A stretch of DNA of 64,000 nucleotides, from positions 587,107-651,106 of the forward strand of contig JAQWEN010000001.1 in assembly GCA_028704885.1 (NCBI GenBank). The letters are read 5' to 3'. A program made the position numbers and the translations under genes. This document shows, in pieces, positions 7,768-17,608 of the stretch. The notes under the pieces are model-generated. The model was not told where the DNA came from. It saw nothing but the letters and a program-made list of their open reading frames with translations, and searched no databases. Position 1 is the stretch's first letter; each line of letters begins with the position of its first letter. Source of the DNA: Candidatus Shapirobacteria bacterium. GTDB lineage: Bacteria; Patescibacteriota; Microgenomatia; UBA12405.

Positions 7768-9048
7768 TTAATAAGATAATTTGTCGTAATTTTGCATTTG
7801 AACGACATTTTCTAATTTGCGAGTTAATTCAATAACGACAGAGACAACGATTAGAACGCTGGTTCCACCAATAGTTAAAGTAGTTATTCCAGTAATCTTT
7901 TGAATTATAGAAGGAGCAACAGCAATTAGACCTAGAAAAACTGAACCAATAACAATAACCCGATTAATTAGATATTTAAGACGTTTCTCAGTGGAAATGC
8001 CGGGACGAATACCGGGGATGAAACCACCTGATTTTCGGAGTTCGTCAGCAATATCTTTTGGTTTGAAAATAACTGAGGTGTAGAAAAAAGTGAAACCCAT
8101 GACTAATAAAAAGTAGAAAACCATATAAAAATATCCATCGGTTCTAAAAATATTAGCAAAAGTGGTGGCAGTAGAGGCAATAAAATGATTTGGAACTTTA
8201 CCTAAAAATTGGCCTAAAAGAGAGGGAACAGTAGCAAGAGAGACAGCAAAAATGATTGGCATAACTCCAGCAGTATTAATTTTGATAGGAAGATAAGTGG
8301 ATTGACCACGCTTGGCGTAATTTATAGGAACACGAAGAATTGCTTCTTCGACCAAAACGATACTTAAAATTAAGGCAAAAGCCATAGCAGCAAGAATGAC
8401 TAGGTTTAAAGTATTTTGAGGATTAGAAAAATCGGTAATACTAAAAGTTTGAATAAAACTAATTGGCAAACGAGAAATGATACCGGCGAAAATAAGCATG
8501 GAAATACCGTTACCAACTCCATAAATATTAATCATTTCGCCCAAGAAAATCATTATCATGGTGCCAGCTAACATACTAAAAATCATACCAACAATCATAA
8601 TTGGATTTAAATCGGTAATGATATTTTGGGATCGAAGAATAGTAAACATACCAATACCATTAATGATGGCGAAAGGAATAGTGGCAATACGAGTATATTG
8701 ATTAATTTTGGCCCGGCCATATTCCCCTTCTTTTTGAAGTTCTTCAATTTGAGGGATAACTAGGGCTAAAAGCTGCATCATAACTGAAGCATTGATATAA
8801 GGAGATAAACCAAGAGCAGCAATAGAAAAATTGGCAAGAGTGCCACCAGAAAAAATATCTAAAAGAGAAAGTAATTGATTTTGAGAGAAAAACTGCTTAA
8901 GAAGAGTCAAATTTACACCAGGAACTGGGATGTGAGCAATGAGACGAAAAAAAATTAAAAGTAAAAGAGTGATTATTAATTTTTTCCTAAATATTGGGGT
9001 TTTTAAACCCTCAACATATAGAAGAAGAGACTTGGCTATCAAATTCAT
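7768..9048 (-). CDS. secY: preprotein translocase SecY
   Basis: SIAALGLSPYINAS, GNGIS, FIPGIRPG, GGTSVLIVV. Confidence 0.97.
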   Translation of the reverse strand: MNLIAKSLLLYVEGLKTPIFRKKLIITLLLLIFFRLIAHIPVPGVNLTLLKQFFSQNQLLSLLDIFSGGTLANFSIAALGLSPYINASVMMQLLALVIPQIEELQKEGEYGRAKINQYTRIATIPFAIINGIGMFTILRSQNIITDLNPIMIVGMIFSMLAGTMIMIFLGEMINIYGVGNGISMLIFAGIISRLPISFIQTFSITDFSNPQNTLNLVILAAMAFALILSIVLVEEAILRVPINYAKRGQSTYLPIKINTAGVMPIIFAVSLATVPSLLGQFLGKVPNHFIASTATTFANIFRTDGYFYMVFYFLLVMGFTFFYTSVIFKPKDIADELRKSGGFIPGIRPGISTEKRLKYLINRVIVIGSVFLGLIAVAPSIIQKITGITTLTIGGTSVLIVVSVVIELTRKLENVVQMQNYDKLSY

Positions 9049-9497
9049 TACTCTATATTACCACCCGCGGCAATAATTTTGTTTTGGGCAACTTTCGAAA
9101 GAGAAAGACCTTTAAATTTTAGAGCTTTAGTGATGTTACCAGTGGCAAGAATCTTAAAACTAGAATGAAAGTTTTTAAGAGAAGTTTTTGAGTTTTTAGC
9201 AAGTGAAGCAGCATCAACAATTTCATTGACTTTAAACCATTTTTCAATTTGATTTAAATTGATATTGACAATATTTTTTTGATTTTGGAGACGATGTTTA
9301 CCTCTCATAAATGGAAGTCGTTTGATCCAAGATTTTTTGTGTTTAGTGCCAGCAAAAGCTAGAGCCGTTGAACCTCGAGCTTTGTCACCTTTAGTGCCAC
9401 GACCAGAAGTGTGACCACCAAGACCTGAACCGATACCACGACCGCAACGACGAGCTGGTTTTTGAGTAATTTTAGTTAGTTTAGATAAAATTTCCAT
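9048..9497 (-). CDS. rplO: 50S ribosomal protein L15
   Basis: GRGIGSG, SGRGTKG. Confidence 0.95.
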   Translation of the reverse strand: MEILSKLTKITQKPARRCGRGIGSGLGGHTSGRGTKGDKARGSTALAFAGTKHKKSWIKRLPFMRGKHRLQNQKNIVNINLNQIEKWFKVNEIVDAASLAKNSKTSLKNFHSSFKILATGNITKALKFKGLSLSKVAQNKIIAAGGNIE

Positions 9498-9498
9498 A

Positions 9499-9966
9499 TT
9501 ATTTCTTTAGAGTAGAAAGAGCTTCTAAAGCAGCCCAAACATTAATTGATTTATTTTTAGAACCAATGATTTTACTGACGATATCTTGGATGCCAGCCAA
9601 TTCGACGACAGATCGAACTGGACCACCAGCAATAAGACCACTTCCTTTTTTACCAGGTCGAATCATAACAATAGCGCCTTTGAATTTCAAAGTGACAGCG
9701 CCAGAAATAGTACCGTCAACAATTGGAATAGTAATTAAACTTTTTTGAGCTTTTTTAATACCCTTTTGAATAGCATCAGCAACACTCTTGGCTTTACCTA
9801 AACCAACACCAACTCGGTTTTTTTTATCACCAGAGACAACTAGAGCCGTGAAATGGATTTGATTTCCGCCTTTAGTTTTTTTGGAAACTCTTTTAATTTC
9901 AACAACCTTGTCAGTAAATTCGCTGACTGGTTTTTCGTATTTTTGATATCTTTGATTATTATCCAT
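9499..9966 (-). CDS. rpsE: 30S ribosomal protein S5
   Basis: RVSKKTKGG, GSGLIAGG. Confidence 0.96.
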   Translation of the reverse strand: MDNNQRYQKYEKPVSEFTDKVVEIKRVSKKTKGGNQIHFTALVVSGDKKNRVGVGLGKAKSVADAIQKGIKKAQKSLITIPIVDGTISGAVTLKFKGAIVMIRPGKKGSGLIAGGPVRSVVELAGIQDIVSKIIGSKNKSINVWAALEALSTLKK

Positions 9967-9970
9967 AAAT

Positions 9971-10315
9971 TTAAAAATTTAAACCTTTAGAGCGGGCGCC
10001 ATCAGCAAGAGCTTTAACTCGGCCATGGTAACGGTAAAGACCGCGATCGAATCTAACTTTAATAATCTTTTTTTCTAGGGCAAGAATAGCAATTTGTTCA
10101 CCAACGGCAGTAGCTTTTTCAGTTTTAGTACCTTTGGCTAATTTTAAACCTTTAGTAGAAACAGCAACTAAGGTTTTACCGTGTTTATCGTCAATAATTT
10201 GAGCCCAAAGATGTTGATTACTTCTGAAGACTGTTAATCGAGGAACGCCTGAATTAAGGGCTAATTTAGCTCTAACTCTGTTTTGACGTCGTTGTTTTGG
10301 GTTGTGTATAATCAT
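9971..10315 (-). CDS. rplR: 50S ribosomal protein L18
   Basis: PRLTVFRSN, FDRG.YRYHGRV. Confidence 0.96.
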   Translation of the reverse strand: MIIHNPKQRRQNRVRAKLALNSGVPRLTVFRSNQHLWAQIIDDKHGKTLVAVSTKGLKLAKGTKTEKATAVGEQIAILALEKKIIKVRFDRGLYRYHGRVKALADGARSKGLNF

Positions 10316-10323
10316 ATTATTTT

Positions 10324-10863
10324 TTAGGCTTTAGCTTTTTTACCAGCTTTAAGTTTAATAAATTCATCAGCATATCTAATACCTTTACCTTTGTAAGGTT
10401 CTGGTGGTCTGACTTTACGGATATTGCTGGCGATTTGACCAACTTTGGTTTTGTCAACGCCAGTAATTATAATTTTAGTATCTTCTGGAACTTCAAAGAA
10501 AACGCCGGTTGGAGCAGTAATATCGACTGGATGAATAAAACCGACATTAAGTCTAACTTTATTACCCATAAGAGTAGCTTTATAACCAGTACCTTTAATT
10601 TCCATAGTTTTTTTCCAAGGCTCGACAACACCTTTGATCATATTATTTAAATGAGCTCGGGTAGTACCGTGATTGGCTTTGGTTTTTTTATCTTCAGAAA
10701 GACGAGTAACGATAACCTGATTGTCTTTAACTTCGACATTAATTTTTAAAGGTAAAATTAGTTTTAATTCCCCTTTTGGACCAGTAACGGTAATTTCGCT
10801 AGAATTAACAGCAACAGCGACTCCGGCTGGGATATTGATTAATTGTTTTCCTATTCTTGACAT
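10324..10863 (-). CDS. rplF: 50S ribosomal protein L6
   Basis: MSRIGK, RPPEPYKGKGIRY. Confidence 0.97.
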   Translation of the reverse strand: MSRIGKQLINIPAGVAVAVNSSEITVTGPKGELKLILPLKINVEVKDNQVIVTRLSEDKKTKANHGTTRAHLNNMIKGVVEPWKKTMEIKGTGYKATLMGNKVRLNVGFIHPVDITAPTGVFFEVPEDTKIIITGVDKTKVGQIASNIRKVRPPEPYKGKGIRYADEFIKLKAGKKAKA

Positions 10864-10869
10864 AATTGT

Positions 10870-11259
10870 TTACCAGATTTCGGCAATAATTTCTCCACCT
10901 AATCCTTTGACCTTTGCCTCTTTTTGAGACATAACACCGCTGGAAGTGGAAACAATGATTAATGACTTGGGATTTTTACCCCAAGGAAGGGAAGACTTTT
11001 TTTCGTAAATACGACGACCAGGCTTGGAAAATAAACGAACGTCGTTGACGCGAGGTTCATTATTGTCATAAGCTAAAGTAATAGTCATATCTTTTTTAAC
11101 ATCGCCTACAATTGAAAAATCGGCAATATAGCCAGTTTTCTTCAAAAGAGCAGCCATGGCAGTACAAAAATTAGAAACTGGAGCAGAAATAGTTTTTCTA
11201 CCAGCTCTGTAGCCGTTTTTTATTCTAATTATAAAATCGATAGATGTTGATTGATGCAT
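10870..11259 (-). CDS. rpsH: 30S ribosomal protein S8
   Basis: SKPGRRIY, IVSTSSGVM, GGEII. Confidence 0.96.
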   Translation of the reverse strand: MHQSTSIDFIIRIKNGYRAGRKTISAPVSNFCTAMAALLKKTGYIADFSIVGDVKKDMTITLAYDNNEPRVNDVRLFSKPGRRIYEKKSSLPWGKNPKSLIIVSTSSGVMSQKEAKVKGLGGEIIAEIW

Positions 11260-11267
11260 AATTTTAT

Positions 11268-11453
11268 TTACCAGCTAGCTTTTTTAACACCAGGAAGCAT
11301 ACCTTCATGGGCTAATTTGCGAAAGCAAAGTCGGCAGATGCCAAATAAACGAATAAAACCACGAGGTCGGCCACATATGTGACATCGATTGTGATGTCGA
11401 ACGCTATATTTTAATTTTTTGTCTTCTCGGACTATTTTTGCTGTGGTAGCCAT
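11268..11453 (-). CDS. rpsN: 30S ribosomal protein S14 (Zn-binding type Z)
   Basis: RCHICGR...[14 protein letters not shown]. Confidence 0.96.
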   Translation of the reverse strand: MATTAKIVREDKKLKYSVRHHNRCHICGRPRGFIRLFGICRLCFRKLAHEGMLPGVKKASW

Positions 11454-11456
11454 AAT

Positions 11457-11996
11457 TTATTTTTTTTCAAAAGGGAAACCTAGGGCTGATAATAACATTT
11501 TTGCTTCCTCTTTTGAAGAGGCATTAATATTTAGAGTAACTTGAACAGATCTAATTTTATTAATTTTATCAAGATTTATTTCGGGAAAGAAAGTTTGATC
11601 TTTAATAGTTAGGTTGTAATTACCTTCAGAATCGAATGCGGTATCTGGTAAACCTTTAAAATCACGAAGTCTTGGCAAAACTAAATTGAATAATTTTTCA
11701 ACAAAATCATACATTCTGGCGCCTCGAAGGGTAACTTTAAGAGCTAGAGGATCATTTTGACGAAGTTTAAAAGCAGAAACAGCTTTTTTAGCTTTACAAA
11801 GCTTTGGTTTTTGACCGACAATAGCAATTAATTCTTCGGTGGCAGCAGTAAGAGCTTCTTGGCTTTCACGAGCTTCAGCAACACGATAATTAATGACTAC
11901 CTTTTTTAATCTTGGTAAAGAAAAAATATTACGATCTTTTGAAGTAGCCTTGATCAAATTTTCTTTAATAGTGGTATCAATGATTGTTTTTAACAT
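11457..11996 (-). CDS. rplE: 50S ribosomal protein L5
   Basis: KVTLRG, LPRLRDFKG, FPEI. Confidence 0.96.
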   Translation of the reverse strand: MLKTIIDTTIKENLIKATSKDRNIFSLPRLKKVVINYRVAEARESQEALTAATEELIAIVGQKPKLCKAKKAVSAFKLRQNDPLALKVTLRGARMYDFVEKLFNLVLPRLRDFKGLPDTAFDSEGNYNLTIKDQTFFPEINLDKINKIRSVQVTLNINASSKEEAKMLLSALGFPFEKK

Positions 11997-11998
11997 AA

Positions 11999-12325
11999 TT
12001 ATTTTTTAGAAACAGGAGTATTTAAAACAGATTTACACTTTCGGCAAATTCTAGATTTTTCACCTGATTTATCGATTAAATAAGCAACTCTAATGGTTTT
12101 TTTACAACTAGGACAGATTACAGCGACTTTAGAAATAGTAATAGCTCTTTCTTTTTCAATAATTGATCCTGGTCGACCTTGGCTTGGTTTAATGTGTTTT
12201 TTATACAAATTTAAACCTTTAACTACAACCTGGTCTTTTTTAGGCATAGCTTTAACAACTTCACCTTCACGACCTTTGTCTTTTCCGATTAAAATTTTGA
12301 CTTTATCACCTTTTAAAATTTTCAT
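11999..12325 (-). CDS. rplX: 50S ribosomal protein L24
   Basis: KGDKV.ILIGKDKG; start re-assigned to MKILK. Confidence 0.95.
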   Translation of the reverse strand: MKILKGDKVKILIGKDKGREGEVVKAMPKKDQVVVKGLNLYKKHIKPSQGRPGSIIEKERAITISKVAVICPSCKKTIRVAYLIDKSGEKSRICRKCKSVLNTPVSKK

Positions 12326-12326
12326 A

Positions 12327-12698
12327 TTAGTAAACCTCCTGAGCCATGGAAGCAATTTTATTGAATCCTAAATCTTTAATTTCACGAGCAATTGGTCCAA
12401 AAATTCTGGTACCTCGTGGGTTGTTTTGAGAATCGATAATAACACCAGCGTTGTCATTGAAACGAATGTAAGAGCCATCAGCTCGACCAAATTCTTTTTT
12501 GGTACGAACGATAACCATTTTGACTTTTTCTTTTTTCTTAACTAAACCATTTGGGATAGCATCCATAACAACAGCCATAACAATATCACCGATAGTACCT
12601 TTCTTGTGAAAAGAACCTTTGTAAACATGAATAACCTGAGCTCTTTTTGCTCCACAATTATCGGTTGGTTTAATAATACTTCTTAATTGGACAGACAT
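12327..12698 (-). CDS. rplN: 50S ribosomal protein L14
   Basis: DNCGAK, FNDNA, GTRIFGP. Confidence 0.97.
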   Translation of the reverse strand: MSVQLRSIIKPTDNCGAKRAQVIHVYKGSFHKKGTIGDIVMAVVMDAIPNGLVKKKEKVKMVIVRTKKEFGRADGSYIRFNDNAGVIIDSQNNPRGTRIFGPIAREIKDLGFNKIASMAQEVY

Positions 12699-12700
12699 AG

Positions 12701-12961
12701 TTATTTAGACTTTTTGATAATGGCTAAGGTAGTAAATCTTTTAAGTTTGCTTAAAGGTCGAGTTTCTCGAACTTTAACAATATCACCAGTTTTGGCTGAA
12801 AGATTATTTTCAGCATAAATATTTTTATGCTTTCTAAAAATCTTTTTATAAAGAGGATGGCTTTTAGTATATTCAAGAGAGACCACAATAGTGTTGGTCA
12901 TTTTGTCAGAAATGACGCTACCTTCGAAGGTTTTACCGTTAGTATTAATTTTGTTTGTCAT
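12701..12961 (-). CDS. rpsQ: 30S ribosomal protein S17
   Basis: SDKM..TIVV, HPLYKK, ETRPLSK. Confidence 0.96.
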   Translation of the reverse strand: MTNKINTNGKTFEGSVISDKMTNTIVVSLEYTKSHPLYKKIFRKHKNIYAENNLSAKTGDIVKVRETRPLSKLKRFTTLAIIKKSK

Positions 12962-13154
12962 TTTTCTTTTCTTGAATAAGAGTTGAGATTAAAGAAATCT
13001 CGTATTTAATTTTTGAGAAGACAGAAGTGTCCTTTTGATTACCAGTGGCTGATTTTGCCTTGGCTTCAATAAATTTCTTGCGAAGATCTAAAAGATTTTT
13101 TAATAGTTCCTCAACACTTTTTTGTCTGTAGGAAATTTTATCAGTTTTTTTCAT
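12945..13154 (-). CDS. rpmC: 50S ribosomal protein L29
   Basis: Size, helical pattern and synteny between rplP and rpsQ. Confidence 0.85.
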   Translation of the reverse strand: MKKTDKISYRQKSVEELLKNLLDLRKKFIEAKAKSATGNQKDTSVFSKIKYEISLISTLIQEKKNDKQN

Positions 13155-13165
13155 AAAATCTACCC

Positions 13166-13567
13166 CTATTTTCGATTAACGATTTTGCACACAACTGGTA
13201 ACTTAGCAGCAGCTAGATTTAAACCTTCTTTGGCTTCGGTTTCAGTGACACCAGAAACTTCGAAGATAATACGACCGGGCTTGACCACGGCGACATAACC
13301 TTTAACATCACCCTTTCCGGCACCCATAGTTCCAGTACCTTTTTCAGTAAATGGTTTATCAGGGAAAATTCGACACCACATACGACCGTTTCTTTTAGTG
13401 GCATGAGCAATGGCCTTACGAGCGGCTTCTAATTGATTGGCAGTAATCCAGCTACATTCGAGAGATTTGAGGCCGTATTCACCAAAAGCAACTAAGTTGC
13501 CTTTAGAATTACCTCTCATTTTGCCTCGGAAGGCTTTTCTGTATTTAGTTCTACTTGGTTGTAACAT
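13166..13567 (-). CDS. rplP: 50S ribosomal protein L16
   Basis: MLQP.RTKYRK, RIFPDKP, MGAGKG. Confidence 0.97.
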   Translation of the reverse strand: MLQPSRTKYRKAFRGKMRGNSKGNLVAFGEYGLKSLECSWITANQLEAARKAIAHATKRNGRMWCRIFPDKPFTEKGTGTMGAGKGDVKGYVAVVKPGRIIFEVSGVTETEAKEGLNLAAAKLPVVCKIVNRK

Positions 13568-13573
13568 AATTAT

Positions 13574-14215
13574 TTAGCCTAAACATAAATAAACTTTAAC
13601 TCCGATATATCCGGATCTGGTTAGAGATGGACATTCGTGATAATCAATTATTGATCGAATAGTACTTAATGGTACTGTACCTTGAGAAAATTTTTCTCGG
13701 CGACCGATTTCGGCACCATTGATACGTCCAGAAAGAATAATTTTAATACCCTTAGCGCCAGAAGCAATTGATTTTTCCATGGCGGATAAAACAACTCGAC
13801 GATATGGCATTCTTTTGGTTAATTGGAAAGCAATTTTTTCAGCAATTAATTTGGCTGAAAGATCGGCATGTTTGAATTCTTCAACTTGAATTTCAACACC
13901 TTGTTTACCGCTGGCTTTGAAAAGTAATCTTTGAACTTCTTTTTTGATAGTCTCTAATTCTTTACCACCACGACCGATGACTAAACCAGGTCGAGAAACA
14001 ACTAAAATTAATTTCATTTTTTTAACAGAACGTTCAATTCTGATAGAAACGATACCGGCGGAATTAAATTTAGATTGAAGGAAATCTCTAATTTTTTTAT
14101 CTTCTAAAAGATAGATGGCGTATTTTTTAACACCAGCATACCAGGAAGATTGCCATTGAGGGCTGTTTTTGACAGTCTCTAATCTAAAACCAATTGGATT
14201 AATTTTTTGGCCCAT
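13574..14215 (-). CDS. rpsC: 30S ribosomal protein S3
   Basis: MGQKINPIGFR, RPGLVIG, SGRINGAEI. Confidence 0.97.
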   Translation of the reverse strand: MGQKINPIGFRLETVKNSPQWQSSWYAGVKKYAIYLLEDKKIRDFLQSKFNSAGIVSIRIERSVKKMKLILVVSRPGLVIGRGGKELETIKKEVQRLLFKASGKQGVEIQVEEFKHADLSAKLIAEKIAFQLTKRMPYRRVVLSAMEKSIASGAKGIKIILSGRINGAEIGRREKFSQGTVPLSTIRSIIDYHECPSLTRSGYIGVKVYLCLG

Positions 14216-14217
14216 AG

Positions 14218-14703
14218 TTACTTTTGATTACCTTTAACATGAATAATAAGTCGACTGTGTCTTTTTTGAATTAGACCTCTGGCAAATCTGGAACCGTGGG
14301 CTTTATCCATACGTTTCATTTTTAAGCCTTCGTCAACTTTGAGTAGATCGAATTTTAAAGTGTTAGTGTCTAAATTGAAATTATTTTTAGCATCAGCAAT
14401 GACATTTTGAAGAGCCTTGATCATGATACGAGCAGATTTGGTATTGGTAAATTTAAGTCTAGCTAAAGCATCAACTGGGGATAATTTTCTGATGTTATCG
14501 GCTAAAAGTCGCAATTTTCGAGGAGAGATCATAAGATCTTTATTGAAATATTTAGCAATTTTAGTGTGGGATACTTCAACCTTTGGAGTTTCGATAACTT
14601 TTGAAACTGCCTTAACTTCGACCTTTTTAATGTCTTTTTTAACAACAGCTTTTTTAACGGCTGGAGTTTTGACTTTAGTAATTTTTTTAATTTCTTTTGG
14701 CAT
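14218..14703 (-). CDS. rplV: 50S ribosomal protein L22 (N-terminal Lys-rich extension)
   Basis: ISPRKLRL..D.IR, VDEG, synteny. Confidence 0.92.
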   Translation of the reverse strand: MPKEIKKITKVKTPAVKKAVVKKDIKKVEVKAVSKVIETPKVEVSHTKIAKYFNKDLMISPRKLRLLADNIRKLSPVDALARLKFTNTKSARIMIKALQNVIADAKNNFNLDTNTLKFDLLKVDEGLKMKRMDKAHGSRFARGLIQKRHSRLIIHVKGNQK

Positions 14704-14709
14704 AATTGT

Positions 14710-14982
14710 TTACGTCTTTTCAATAACACGTTTAACGACACGTCCGTGACCTTTAAAGGTACGAGTAGCCGAGAATTCGCCTAAGCGATGGCCAACCATA
14801 TCTTCAGTGACATAGACATTAATAAATTTTTTACCATTGTGGACTTCAAAATTTCGGCCAACAAACTCTGGAGGAATCTGGCTTCTTCTGGCCCAAGTTT
14901 TGATGGCCTCATTGCCACCCTTAGCTACTTTTTCAAATAGTTTTTTGTCAATGTATGGACCTTTTTTGGAACTTCTAGACAT
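14710..14982 (-). CDS. rpsS: 30S ribosomal protein S19
   Basis: [24 protein letters not shown]. Confidence 0.97.
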   Translation of the reverse strand: MSRSSKKGPYIDKKLFEKVAKGGNEAIKTWARRSQIPPEFVGRNFEVHNGKKFINVYVTEDMVGHRLGEFSATRTFKGHGRVVKRVIEKT

Positions 14983-14983
14983 A

Positions 14984-15727
14984 TTACTTTCGATGCTTAA
15001 TTATTAATCGATTGGAGGCATTTTTACGTTTTCTGGTTTTTTTGAAGGCAGATTTACCCCATGGTGTTTTTGGATGCATACCAATAGAGCTTCGACCTTC
15101 ACCACCACCGTGTGGATGAGAGTGAGGATTTTGAGCCACACCTCTAACGGTTGGACGAATACCACGAAGTCGTGATTGACCAGCTTTAGTTAATTTTTGA
15201 TTTGAATGATCGGAATTACCAACTTGACCAATGGTGGCAAAAGAATCAGCGTTAAAAATTCTGATTTCACCAGATGGAAGTTTAATGGTGGCTTTGTTAC
15301 CATCAATACTTTGAATATAAGCAGCAGAGCCAGCACTTTTAATTAATTGGGCATCTTTGCCTTTTTGAAAAGATAAACAATGAACAGGAACACCAACTGG
15401 AATATTTTTAAGAGGTAAACAATTGCCGTCTTTAATTGGAGCATTAACAGAAGAAACGACAACGTCACCGACTTTTAAACCAGTAGGAGCTAAAATATAA
15501 GACTTAGCACCATCTTCGTAAATTAAAAGAGCAATATCGGCGGTTCGACCAGGATCATATTCAATAGTCGAAACTTTAGCATTAATATCAAGTTTACCTC
15601 TTCTCCAATCAATTTCTCTGATAAAACGCTTTTGTTCACCACCGCGATGTCGGATGGAAACATGACCTTGGTCGTCTCGACCGCTGGTTTTTTTCTTGAT
15701 AGTTAATAAAGATCTAATTCTGGTCAT
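14984..15727 (-). CDS. rplB: 50S ribosomal protein L2 (short N-terminus)
   Basis: [25 protein letters not shown]. Confidence 0.97.
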   Translation of the reverse strand: MTRIRSLLTIKKKTSGRDDQGHVSIRHRGGEQKRFIREIDWRRGKLDINAKVSTIEYDPGRTADIALLIYEDGAKSYILAPTGLKVGDVVVSSVNAPIKDGNCLPLKNIPVGVPVHCLSFQKGKDAQLIKSAGSAAYIQSIDGNKATIKLPSGEIRIFNADSFATIGQVGNSDHSNQKLTKAGQSRLRGIRPTVRGVAQNPHSHPHGGGEGRSSIGMHPKTPWGKSAFKKTRKRKNASNRLIIKHRK

Positions 15728-15730
15728 AGA

Positions 15731-16027
15731 TTATTTAAGATTGAGTTTTAATAATTCAATTTTGGTATTTTTTTCGACACTAATAATAGCCTTTTTAAGA
15801 TCAGATTTTTTAATTGGTAATCTTTTTTGGCGATCGGTCTTCATTTTACCTTTAACAATAACAGTATTAATATTTAGGGGTTTGACACCGAAAACAGCTT
15901 CAAAAGAAGATTCAATTTGACCTTTGGTGGCATCTTTTTTGACCCAAAAAGCATATTTACCATTTTCTTGTTGTGACAAGGTTTTTTCAGTAAAAACTGG
16001 TTTTAAAACTATTAAATTTGATTGCAT
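15731..16027 (-). CDS. rplW: 50S ribosomal protein L23
   Basis: PVFTEK, KKAII, synteny. Confidence 0.93.
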   Translation of the reverse strand: MQSNLIVLKPVFTEKTLSQQENGKYAFWVKKDATKGQIESSFEAVFGVKPLNINTVIVKGKMKTDRQKRLPIKKSDLKKAIISVEKNTKIELLKLNLK

Positions 16028-16029
16028 AT

Positions 16030-16665
16030 TTATTTAGATAAAATGTCTAGAGTATCTTGACTAAAAATCAAAAAGTTTTGATTAGAAAGATCGTAAACAT
16101 TTAAAGATTTAAGGGACAAAAGATTAGTTTTAGGAAGATTTCCAAAAGCTCTTTTGAGGTTAGGAATAGTTTCGGTTGTAATTATCCCAACTTTCGAACT
16201 TTTTGATAATACTTCATCTGCAGCTCTAAGTCCAGTGAGTAATTTAATTCCCTCTTTGGTTTTTGGAGCTAATTTTTCAAAAGAATCGATAATTATAATT
16301 TTTTTATCTTGAGCAAATTTAGTAAGAATAGAATTTAAAGCAACGACTTTCATTTTTTTAGAAAGATTAAGTTTGTAGTTTTGAAGACCATCTGGACCCA
16401 TAGCACTACCACCACCGACAAAGATTGGGGCGGTTCGATTACCATGACGAGCACGACCAGTACCTTTTTGGGCATAAACTTTTTGACGAGTACCAGCAAC
16501 ATCAGATCTTGTTTTTGCCTTAGCATAGGAAGATCTTTGGTTGGCTAAATAAACACGAATAGCTTGAGAAATTAATTTTTCGGAAATTTTGGTATCGAAA
16601 ATTGACTTTGGTAAGGCAATTTCTCCAACTTTTTCTGCTTTAATGTTATAGATTTGAGTTTTCAT
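16030..16665 (-). CDS. rplD: 50S ribosomal protein L4
   Basis: QKGTGRARHG, P.FVGGG. Confidence 0.96.
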   Translation of the reverse strand: MKTQIYNIKAEKVGEIALPKSIFDTKISEKLISQAIRVYLANQRSSYAKAKTRSDVAGTRQKVYAQKGTGRARHGNRTAPIFVGGGSAMGPDGLQNYKLNLSKKMKVVALNSILTKFAQDKKIIIIDSFEKLAPKTKEGIKLLTGLRAADEVLSKSSKVGIITTETIPNLKRAFGNLPKTNLLSLKSLNVYDLSNQNFLIFSQDTLDILSK

Positions 16666-16667
16666 AG

Positions 16668-17288
16668 TTAGATGGTCTTTTTGAGAGTAATCCAGGAGTT
16701 GAAATGACCGGAAAATGAACCACTAATTAATATTTCGTTAGTTTCAGGATTAATAGAAATTATTTTTAAATTTTCAATGGTTTTATTAACATTACCAAAA
16801 TGACCTGGCATTTTTTTACCACGGACAACTTTACTTGGAGTTTGAGCACCAATTGAACCAGGATGTCGAACACGATCGGAAGCACCTAAAAGAGGTTGCT
16901 TTTTGAAGCCGTGTCGTTTGATAACACCAGCAAATCCATGACCTTTGGAAATACCGGTAGCATCAACTTCCTCACCAACAGTAAAAACGGTATCAATAGA
17001 AATATTGCTACCAATTTCAGGAATTTGGTCGGAAGTTAAATCAAATTCTTGAAAACCCTTTGGAAGAGTTTCAATTTTTAATTTGGTTAACTTGGTAGAA
17101 GTGGACTTATCGAGCTTTTTTCTTTCACCATAGGCAACTTGAACAGCTTGATAGCCATCTTTTTCTTGATTTTTAATTTGAGTGACAGTTAATGGTTTAG
17201 CAATACATTTAGTAACGGCAATTCTTTTGCCGTCTTCGGTGTAGATGCTGGTCATTTGACCTTTTTTGACAAGAAATCCTGAAATCAT
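16668..17288 (-). CDS. rplC: 50S ribosomal protein L3
   Basis: DGYQAVQ, SKGHGFAGVIKRH, PGSIG, KMPGH. Confidence 0.96.
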   Translation of the reverse strand: MISGFLVKKGQMTSIYTEDGKRIAVTKCIAKPLTVTQIKNQEKDGYQAVQVAYGERKKLDKSTSTKLTKLKIETLPKGFQEFDLTSDQIPEIGSNISIDTVFTVGEEVDATGISKGHGFAGVIKRHGFKKQPLLGASDRVRHPGSIGAQTPSKVVRGKKMPGHFGNVNKTIENLKIISINPETNEILISGSFSGHFNSWITLKKTI

Positions 17289-17292
17289 AGTT

Positions 17293-17604
17293 TTACATTT
17301 TAACTTCTATTTCCACACCAGAGGGTAAATCTAAATGCTGAAGACTATCCACAGTTCGAAGACTGGTATTCGAGATATCGATAAGTCGCTTGTGAGTAAG
17401 TATTTGGAAATGCTCACGAGCATTTTTGTCGGTATGAGGACTAGTTAGAACAACAATGGTTTTTCTCTCAGTTGGTAAAGGTATTGGACCTTCCACTTGA
17501 GCACCAGCAGTAACCACAGTCTCAACGATCTTCATCGCTGCTTCATCGATAATACGATGATCGAAAGATTTTAATCGAATACGAATGCGGTTACCTTTGG
17601 CCAT
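17293..17604 (-). CDS. rpsJ: 30S ribosomal protein S10
   Basis: [22 protein letters not shown]; start re-assigned to MAKGN. Confidence 0.96.
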   Translation of the reverse strand: MAKGNRIRIRLKSFDHRIIDEAAMKIVETVVTAGAQVEGPIPLPTERKTIVVLTSPHTDKNAREHFQILTHKRLIDISNTSLRTVDSLQHLDLPSGVEIEVKM

Positions 17605-17608
17605 ATAT

